The notes beneath the pieces are model-generated. The model saw nothing but the letters and a program-made list of their open reading frames with translations. It did not search any database and was not told where the DNA came from. A stretch of 64,000 nucleotides of DNA from an uncultured Solirubrobacterales bacterium (GTDB lineage: Bacteria; Actinomycetota; Thermoleophilia; Solirubrobacterales; 70-9), in assembly GCA_963835315.1 (NCBI GenBank), contig CAWIFA010000028.1, positions 5,197 to 69,196 on the forward strand, read 5' to 3'. Of the stretch, positions 45,876 to 52,204 are shown one piece after another. The position numbers were made by a program, and so were the translations under genes. Within the stretch, counting starts at the first letter, position 1; the number at the start of each line of letters is the position of its first letter.

Positions 45876-47947
45876 GCAACGAGCAAGAGAGCCTCCTCGC
45901 CGGGATCGACACCCCCGCCGACCTGCACGAGCTCGACGACGAGCAGCTGCAGCAGGTCGCGCAGGAGATGCGCATATACATCATCGACACGATCGGCGAG
46001 ATCGGCGGCCACTTCGGCGCCAACCTCGGCACCTGCGAGCTGGCGGTCGCCCTGCACAGCCTGCTCGACTCGCCGCGCGACAAGATCCTCTGGGACGTCG
46101 GCCACCAGGCCTACCCGCACAAGATCCTCACCGGCCGCCGCGAGGCGCTGCCGACGATCCGCCAGTACGAGGGGCTGGCGCCGTTCTGCGCGACCTTCGA
46201 GTCCGAGCACGACATCATGGGCGCCGGCCACGCCTCGACCTCGATCGGCTACGCGGTCGGGCTGAAGGAGGCGATGCGCAAGGGGATCGGCGAGGACGGC
46301 AAGGTCGCCGCGGTGATCGGCGACGGGGCGCTGACCGGCGGCGTCGCTTACGAGGCCCTGCACGCGGCCGGCGGCCTGCAGACGCCGATCGTGATCGTGC
46401 TCAACGACAACGGGATGTCGATCTCACCCAACGTCGGCGCGCTCTCGCGCTACTTCAACCGTGTCCGCCTCAACCCGCGCCTCTACCACGCGCGCGAGGG
46501 CGTCGAGCACCAGCTGACCAGGCTGCCGCTCGGCCTCGGCAAGCGGATCGAACGGCTCGGTCCGGAGATCAAGTCGGCGGTCAAGGCCTACTGGGCGCCG
46601 GGCCTCTTCTTCGAGGAGCTCGACCTCGCCTACATGGGCGTGATCGACGGCCACGACGTGCACGCCCTGCGCGACGCCCTGCGCGAGGCCTTCGACGCCG
46701 ACCGCCCGGTCGTCGTCCACATCCACACGGTCAAGGGCAAGGGCTTCGCCCCGGCCGAGGACGGCGGCCTCGAGGGGATGGAGAAGTGGCACGCGGCGAA
46801 GCCGAAGTCGATCGTAGATGGAAAACCCGCCGCCTCCTCTGCTCCCGCGACCCCGAAGAAATCAGATATGGATTCGGGGTCGCTCCCGCGTCCGGGGGCG
46901 GCGGGGCTGGTAGAGGTTCACGAGTCGGACTCTCCGGCGAGAATCGCGCCCGAGCGGCTGGAGAAGCCGCCGCCGCCGAGCGCCCCGCCGCAGTACACGC
47001 AGGTCTTCGCCGACGCGATCGTCGCCGAGGCCGAGCGCGACGAGCGCGTGGTCGGGATCACCGCGGCGATGGCGGGGGGGACCGGCCTGCAGAAGCTCGC
47101 CGACGAGGTCCCCGAGCAGTACTACGACGTCGGCATCGCCGAGCAGAACGCCGTCCTGCTCGCCTCCGGCCTGGCCCTGCAGGGCGCCAAGCCCGTCTGC
47201 GCGATCTACTCGACCTTCCTCCAGCGCGCCTACGACCAGCTGGTCCACGACGTCTGCCTGCAGGAGCTCGACGTCACCTTCGCGATGGACAGAGCCGGAC
47301 TGGTCGGCGACGACGGGCCGACCCACCACGGCGCCTTCGACGTCTCCTACTTCCGCGCCCTGCCCAACGTCGTCGTGATGGCGCCGCGCGACGAGGCGAT
47401 GCTTGTCCACATGCTGCGCACGGCGATCGCCCACGACGGCCCGGCGGCGCTGCGCTACCCGCGCGGCACGGCCGAGGGCGTCGAGCTGCCCTCCGAGCCG
47501 CACGAGATCCCGATCGGCAGCGGCGAGCTGCTGGCGAGCGGCGAGCGGGTGGCGCTGCTCGGCTACGGCTACGGCGTCGCGGTCGCGCAGCAGGCGGCGG
47601 AGCTGCTCGCCGCGCACGACCTGCGGCCGACCGTCGCCGACGCCCGCTTCGCCAAGCCGCTAGACGCCGAGCTGCTGGAGCGGCTCGCGCTGGGCCACGA
47701 CCTGGTGGTGACGATCGAGGAGAACGTGCTCGCAGGGGGATTCGGGTCCGGCGTGCTCGAGCACCTCGAGGACGCTTTCGCCGACCGGCCCGGCGAGCGG
47801 GCCCGGGTGATGCGGATCGGCCTGCCGGACCGCTACGTCACCCACGGCAAGCCGGCGCTGCTGCGCGAGGAGGTCGGCCTCACGGGCGAGTCGGTGGCCG
47901 AGCGCGTGCTGGCGGCGCTGCGCTCCGGCGAGCCGGCGCTGCACTGA
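45872..47947 (+). CDS. dxs: 1-deoxy-D-xylulose-5-phosphate synthase
   Basis: GGHFGANLG, DVGHQAYPHKILTGR, GDGALTGG and IAEQNAV. It contains an extra Pro/Ser/Ala-rich linker (PAASSAPATPKKSD...PPPPSAPP). Confidence 0.9.
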   Translation: MSNEQESLLAGIDTPADLHELDDEQLQQVAQEMRIYIIDTIGEIGGHFGANLGTCELAVALHSLLDSPRDKILWDVGHQAYPHKILTGRREALPTIRQYEGLAPFCATFESEHDIMGAGHASTSIGYAVGLKEAMRKGIGEDGKVAAVIGDGALTGGVAYEALHAAGGLQTPIVIVLNDNGMSISPNVGALSRYFNRVRLNPRLYHAREGVEHQLTRLPLGLGKRIERLGPEIKSAVKAYWAPGLFFEELDLAYMGVIDGHDVHALRDALREAFDADRPVVVHIHTVKGKGFAPAEDGGLEGMEKWHAAKPKSIVDGKPAASSAPATPKKSDMDSGSLPRPGAAGLVEVHESDSPARIAPERLEKPPPPSAPPQYTQVFADAIVAEAERDERVVGITAAMAGGTGLQKLADEVPEQYYDVGIAEQNAVLLASGLALQGAKPVCAIYSTFLQRAYDQLVHDVCLQELDVTFAMDRAGLVGDDGPTHHGAFDVSYFRALPNVVVMAPRDEAMLVHMLRTAIAHDGPAALRYPRGTAEGVELPSEPHEIPIGSGELLASGERVALLGYGYGVAVAQQAAELLAAHDLRPTVADARFAKPLDAELLERLALGHDLVVTIEENVLAGGFGSGVLEHLEDAFADRPGERARVMRIGLPDRYVTHGKPALLREEVGLTGESVAERVLAALRSGEPALH

Positions 47948-48052
47948 GCCCGACGCTCCGTTAAGGGCGGGCTTGCACCAAAGCGCTCAATCGGTTAGCC
48001 TGCCCAGCGGCCTCCTTGGTAGGCGTCGGATTCGTCCCCATTTCGCGGGTTG

Positions 48053-48130
48053 TTTCTGGGGTTACTACAGGGAGAGGAGGCGCGTATCTCTGGATATGCA
48101 GGGTCCGTTGGGCAGGCGGACCTATGCCCG
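48053..48130. repeat. partial copy of the island-2 att region (right half of core plus right flank)
   Basis: TTTCTGGGGTTACTACAGGGAG matches 59117..59138. The next ~55 nt resemble 59144..59200 (GTATCTCT..ATATG..GG.TCCGT.GGG.AGG...TATG.CCGC). Confidence 0.6.
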
Positions 48131-48194
48131 CAAACGGCAGCGCCGTCGCCGGGCGCAGCTTGCGCTCCGGATGAGCCCGGACTAGTCTGATGCG

Positions 48195-48482
48195 ATGGCA
48201 GTCAAGCTCCACCGCTGCTCCCTCACCTGGTTCAAGGCCGGCATGCATCCCTGCTGGCGCGTGCAGAAGGCGCTAGACGAGCAGGGCGTCGAGTACGAGG
48301 TGGTCACCGGCCCGGTCCGTCCGGGCAAGCGCGATGAGCTCGAGCAGCTATCCGGCCAGCGCAAGTACCCGACGATCGAGTTCGAGGACGGCCACACCTA
48401 CCGCGAGGAGTCCGCCGACATGGCCGCCCGCATCCGCGCCGGCAAGCTGTTCGACGACCAGAGCGCAGCCGACGAATCCTGA
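48195..48482 (+). CDS. glutaredoxin/GST-N-like small thioredoxin-fold protein
   Basis: VKLHRCSLTWFKAGMHPCWRVQKALDEQGVEYEVV...RKYPTIEFEDG. Confidence 0.55.
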   Translation: MAVKLHRCSLTWFKAGMHPCWRVQKALDEQGVEYEVVTGPVRPGKRDELEQLSGQRKYPTIEFEDGHTYREESADMAARIRAGKLFDDQSAADES

Positions 48483-48571
48483 CCAGTCCGCCGGGCCGCT
48501 GACAGAACCTGTCGGGTCGTCTGGATAGTGTCGCGCCTGATGACGAAGGTAGTCAATGAGATCGGACGGAA

Positions 48572-48934
48572 ATGGCTCGTAGGAACGACTCGCCCATAGG
48601 AACTGCCCACTCGGAGAGCATGGAGAGGCGGGCTCGCAAGAGCGCCGCTTACAGAGCCGCCCTCGAAGAGCAGCAGCCCTGCGAGCAGTTTGCCCGCCTG
48701 GTGATCCGCAAGCGCATGCAGCTCGGCCTCACGCAGCAGGAGCTGGCCGAGAGGATGGTGACGAGCCATTCCGTCGTCTCCCGCCTTGAGAGCGGCCAGC
48801 ACCGCTTCAACCTCGCGACCATGCGGAAACTCGCCAAGGCGCTCGACACGCATCTCGTCTACGGCTTCCAGGACGAGGCCCCCGCCGCGAAGTCTCGCCG
48901 GGCGCCGAAGCGCGAGCTGGTCGTCTTGTCCTGA
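48572..48934 (+). CDS. XRE-family HTH protein, orphan paralog of the island-1 HigA-like antitoxin
   Basis: GLTQQELAERMVTSHSVVSRLESGQH...KLAKAL...RELVVLS parallels 17291..17629. Confidence 0.65.
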   Translation: MARRNDSPIGTAHSESMERRARKSAAYRAALEEQQPCEQFARLVIRKRMQLGLTQQELAERMVTSHSVVSRLESGQHRFNLATMRKLAKALDTHLVYGFQDEAPAAKSRRAPKRELVVLS

Positions 48935-49018
48935 TCAACGCACGCACGCGGTCAGGACTGCGGCCAGTTCGCGCGGGAACATCCCAATCGCCAGCCTCAC
49001 GCTGGCCGCGACCGCCTC

Positions 49019-49064
49019 TATTCCCCCTAGCAAGCCCACCAACAGAAGACGCCCCGCCGGGGCG
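49019..49064. repeat. degenerate copy of the left half of the island-2 core repeat
   Basis: TATTCCCCCTAGCAAGCCCACCAACAGAAGACGCCCCGCCGGGGCG compared with CATTCCGCTCTAGCAAGCCCTCTCCAACAGAAAACGCCCCGCCGGGGAG. Confidence 0.5.
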
Positions 49065-49211
49065 GTTCAGCCCGACAGCATTGTCAAAGCCTGGTTCAAC
49101 GGCGTCTATTTCCACGACGATGACCTCGGATCTTGCCTGGAACGAGATGGGCATGCGTCTGTAGAGATGTTCCGCTGGCCGACCGCCCCCCTCGATTGAG
49201 AGTGCCAGCAT

Positions 49212-49595
49212 CTACGAAGCCGCGGGCAACAGATCAAGAGCTTGGACGTGCCGGGGGCGCATCGTGCCGAAATGGCGATGGTCGAGCGTGGCGAGCTTGG
49301 GCTCGCCGAGGCGCTCTGTGACGGCGAGGACGGCGCAGTCAACGAAGCCGACTTCGAGGTCGGTGTAGGTCCGCATCAGCTCGGCCGCTCGGTCGTAGTC
49401 GCTGGTCGTCAAGTCCTCGACGGCCAGCTCGCCAGCCTTGATCGCGCCGAGCACCTTCGGAAACGCCTCGGCTCCGAGTTCCCGCGCGAGCATGTAGTCA
49501 AGCTCGGTCAGTACCGGCGCAGGGACGACGCGACGCTCCGGGCGGGGCTGGAGGAGGGGAGCGCAGCGCTCGTGGTCGGCGTCGTCGGCGACCAT
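49212..49595 (-). CDS. vapC: PIN-domain toxin (VapC-like); true start probably upstream of the first ATG
   Basis: VLTELDY...GFVDCAVLAVTERLG...LATLDHRHF. The conserved N-terminal ...IFDTGPLVAA is encoded upstream of the listed ATG in the same frame. Confidence 0.65.
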   Translation of the reverse strand: MVADDADHERCAPLLQPRPERRVVPAPVLTELDYMLARELGAEAFPKVLGAIKAGELAVEDLTTSDYDRAAELMRTYTDLEVGFVDCAVLAVTERLGEPKLATLDHRHFGTMRPRHVQALDLLPAAS

Positions 49596-49624
49596 CGCTG
49601 CGACCAGGGGGCCGGTGTCGAAGA

Positions 49625-49864
49625 TCAGCGGAATGGCCGCGGCTCGAACTCGTCGCGGCTGGCACGCTCGCTGAGGTCGCTGCGTCCGGCCTTGAATGCG
49701 CCGATCAGCGAGAACGGGGGCTGGGAAGCATCGTCGCCAAGCTCGTGTTCAACCGCTGTGCTGACGAACTTCGGCACGGCGACGCCGCGCTCGTCGGCGG
49801 CCTTGCGGGCGCGCTCCAAGAGCCCGGGGTCAAGCTCGATTGCGTTAGCGGGCGTTGCGGCCAT
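49625..49864 (-). CDS. vapB: VapB-like antitoxin
   Basis: Small ORF immediately upstream of, and overlapping, the PIN gene region. IELDPGLLERARKAADERGVAVPKFVSTAVEHEL has RHH/CopG-like character. Confidence 0.55.
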   Translation of the reverse strand: MAATPANAIELDPGLLERARKAADERGVAVPKFVSTAVEHELGDDASQPPFSLIGAFKAGRSDLSERASRDEFEPRPFR

Positions 49865-50017
49865 GCCTGGATTCTACCGTCGCCGGTCCCGGCGGTCTGG
49901 GGCATGGGGCCGCTCGGCTCGGCCTGGTGGCGAAACAGGCGTTCGACTGGCGCATTTACTGGCGCATTGGCCGGATCGCAAGGTTGCGTCGCCGCCCGGA
50001 GCGCCGCGGTCGCGCCA

Positions 50018-50101
50018 CATTCCGCTCTAGCAAGCCCTCTCCAACAGAAAACGCCCCGCCGGGGAGGCGGGGCGTTTCTGGGGTTACTACAGGGAGGAGA
50101 G
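50018..50101. repeat. 84-bp direct repeat, left att of island 2
   Basis: 82/84 identical to 59060..59143 by my own alignment. Mismatches are at CAAGCCCT/CAAGCCCC and GGCGGGGCG/GGCGAGGCG. Confidence 0.9.
50045..50080 (-). terminator. GC-rich hairpin inside the att core; reads as an intrinsic terminator on the minus strand
   Basis: The stem AAACGCCCCGCC/GGCGGGGCGTTT is followed on the minus strand by TTTTCTGTT. The same hairpin, with one mismatch, is at 59087..59122. Confidence 0.45.
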
Positions 50102-50166
50102 TCATCCGAACAGCCGCACGGCAGAGCGGAATCCCGCCTGTAGAGCCAAATCTCGTCCGGCTGATT

Positions 50167-50216
50167 CCGGTTGAAACCGGTTGAAAACGTGCCTGACTGT
50201 GGCACGAGTGTGGCAC
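50167..50216. repeat. tandem repeats CCGGTTGAAA x2 and (C)TGACTGTGGCAC / GAGTGTGGCAC (candidate arm-type sites)
   Basis: Read directly. The matching TGACTGTGGCAC/CGACTGTGGCAC tandem is at 58981..59004. Confidence 0.5.
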
Positions 50217-50251
50217 CAGGACGACTTTCGTCTCGGCTGCGGCGGGCGTCT

Positions 50252-50527
50252 CTACGCGCTCAGCGCAGGCGTCAGATCGGCGGCTTGCACGGCACTCGGC
50301 ACCGGCATGGTTACGCGCAGTTCGCCGTCGCGTTCCAGAAGGCGCTTGGGACGGACCAGCGTCAGCCCGACGAGGTTCCCGTCGCGGTCGAAGCGCACTG
50401 CGTGTCCCTCCGGCGTCTCGTCGTAATCGACGGCGCGGGACGGGTCGCCGACGTGAAGGTAGAGAACGTCGGCGTCGGCGTCGTACTCGACGCGATCGAA
50501 CTCGATGTCGGCGATCGTCACGCTCAT
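50252..50527 (-). CDS. DUF2283-like small protein (putative antitoxin)
   Basis: Start at MSVTIADIEF (ATG at 50525-50527, overlapping the upstream gene stop as ATGA). YDADADVLYLHVGDP...VRFDRDGNLVGLTLV. Confidence 0.55.
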   Translation of the reverse strand: MSVTIADIEFDRVEYDADADVLYLHVGDPSRAVDYDETPEGHAVRFDRDGNLVGLTLVRPKRLLERDGELRVTMPVPSAVQAADLTPALSA

Positions 50528-50811
50528 GGCTTTCTTCTCCGGGCGAACGAAGTGATGATACGCCCCCGATCCTCGCTGTCGAAGACGACGACCACCTTCA
50601 GCCACCGGCTCGGACCCGCGCCTTCCAGGTAGAGCCACTCTTCGTCGGGCTCGCGACCCGCGACCACACTCGTCGGCGATTCCACAGCGCGACGAATCTC
50701 GCCCCTGTAGACCTCGATCTCGGGGTGCGCGCTGACGACATGCCGCCAGCGGTCCAAGCTGAGCAGAACCTCGCGGCCCCGCCGGTCGCGAATCGTCTCG
50801 GAGTTATTCAC
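50524..50811 (-). CDS. small toxin-like protein (DUF4258/PBECR-like by pattern, uncertain)
   Basis: WRHVVSAHPEIEVYRGEIRRAVESPTSVV...WLKVVVVFDSEDRGRIITSFARR. It is translationally coupled to the DUF2283-like gene. Confidence 0.4.
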   Translation of the reverse strand: MNNSETIRDRRGREVLLSLDRWRHVVSAHPEIEVYRGEIRRAVESPTSVVAGREPDEEWLYLEGAGPSRWLKVVVVFDSEDRGRIITSFARRRKP

Positions 50812-50956
50812 GACGCTGATCCGCCTGGTCCCGTACGGCTTCCGCCTGCGCCATGGCGCAAGGGCTAATCCCGACTGTCCCTGTCTGCGGTCCGGTCACG
50901 CGCGAATCGTATCCGCGCGACTGGTCGTTTCGCGCCCGGCGGCGTACTCTCGGCTA

Positions 50957-51154
50957 GTGACCAATGGACGAATCACCGCTGATCCGAGGCGAATGCGGGG
51001 CCTTCCCTGTATCCGCGATACCCGCGTAACCGTCAGCGCGATCCTGGGCCAGCTCGCCGCGGGGGTCAGCGTCGATGAGCTGCTGGCGAGCTATCCGTAC
51101 CTGGAACGCGAGGACGATCTCGCCGCGCTGCGCTGTGCCGCCGCCGCAACGTAA
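50957..51154 (+). CDS. DUF433-domain protein (orphan)
   Basis: ITADPRRMRGLPCIRDTRVTVSAILGQLAAGVSVDELLASYPYLEREDDLAALRCAA. Confidence 0.65.
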   Translation: MTNGRITADPRRMRGLPCIRDTRVTVSAILGQLAAGVSVDELLASYPYLEREDDLAALRCAAAAT

Positions 51155-51158
51155 GCCC

Positions 51159-51273
51159 GCCGACCTACCTGCGATTGAAGCACCGGGGAGCCGGGAGTCA
51201 AGGGCGCTCCGCGCCCGACCCCTTTGGGGTTGACTACCGGCTCCCCGGTGCTATTGCTGCGGGTAGGTCGGCG
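51159..51273. other. about 115-nt imperfect long hairpin between convergent genes
   Basis: CGCCGACCTACC...CACCGGGGAGCCGG pairs with CCGGCTCCCCGGTG...GGTAGGTCGGCG. An inner AGTCAA/TTGACT pair extends the structure. Confidence 0.6.
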
Positions 51274-51291
51274 TGTGCTGTGTGGTCGCGC

Positions 51292-52062
51292 CTATGCTCT
51301 TGGCGCTGGCTCGAAGCGATGGCCGCAATGCTTGCAGACTCGTGCAGCATCAAGGATGATCTCTGCGCAGTCAGGGCAAGTTTTCGTTCTCGCGGCGGAC
51401 TCGGACTCGAATGAAGCCACGTGGTGACCGGCGAGAATCCATCCGCTGAGCATCGCAAGGCATCCGGCGGCTCCGGCCGCATACAGGCCGATGGCTGGCG
51501 AGCCGGTTACCGAGAGCGTTTTCCCTGCGATGCTGCCAACGCTGTGCAGTTCCGCGCGTGATCCGGTGCCGCTGTAGATGGCGGCACCCAAGATGATTGC
51601 TCCCAGGACGAAAATCGACCATGTCGTGTTTCGCTCGTTGTAGACGCGATAGGCCCCACCGACGATTCCGACTGCGCATCCCAAGACGAGGAAACCTAAG
51701 CCGCTTTGGATCAACGTGTTTTGTTCGATTTGCGAGAAGCTGCTCGTTTCCAAGGCAGGCAAGAAGACCGACACCGCTCCAAGCAGGGCGGCTCCGACCG
51801 AGAGCGCAAGCGCTCCGATATTTGGTTCGATTTCCTTTGCCGACTGGTCTTCTGGCTCGACCTCCGACGGTTGCGTTGAGCCGAGGCGCAAACGCCGCAC
51901 GAAGACCCAGATCAGCGTGATCGGTGCCGCGATGAGGAAGAGGCAGAAATAGAGAACCGCCAAGCCGTACACGATTCCGGCAGCTCCCGAGATCATCACG
52001 AAGAAGGACACGACGGCCGCGCCCACCGATACGCCTAATGCAATGAGTTTCGTTCGAGACAC
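51292..52062 (-). CDS. polytopic membrane protein with C-terminal zinc-ribbon
   Basis: About 6 TM segments, then CPDCAEIILDAARVCKHCGHRF. The gene is visibly more A/T-rich than its surroundings. Confidence 0.6.
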   Translation of the reverse strand: MSRTKLIALGVSVGAAVVSFFVMISGAAGIVYGLAVLYFCLFLIAAPITLIWVFVRRLRLGSTQPSEVEPEDQSAKEIEPNIGALALSVGAALLGAVSVFLPALETSSFSQIEQNTLIQSGLGFLVLGCAVGIVGGAYRVYNERNTTWSIFVLGAIILGAAIYSGTGSRAELHSVGSIAGKTLSVTGSPAIGLYAAGAAGCLAMLSGWILAGHHVASFESESAARTKTCPDCAEIILDAARVCKHCGHRFEPAPRA

Positions 52063-52204
52063 TTCGTTCCCCGGTTGTTTCTCCCGTCAGCCCTGAGGTC
52101 ACCATATTCGTTCCCAGGCGACCACCACTCGCCGATCTGATCGGCGTGGCTGCTGCGGACGAAACGTGAACACCAATCGGCGGCCAGGTCGGGGCGTGGT
52201 TCGA

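Noticed and set aside
48097-48185. 29-aa Arg-rich peptide MQGPLGRRTYARKRQRRRRAQLALRMSPD (ribosomal-protein-like look)
   Set aside because: It matches no ribosomal protein I know. The homologous DNA at 59146 encodes an unrelated peptide, so conservation is at the nucleotide level.
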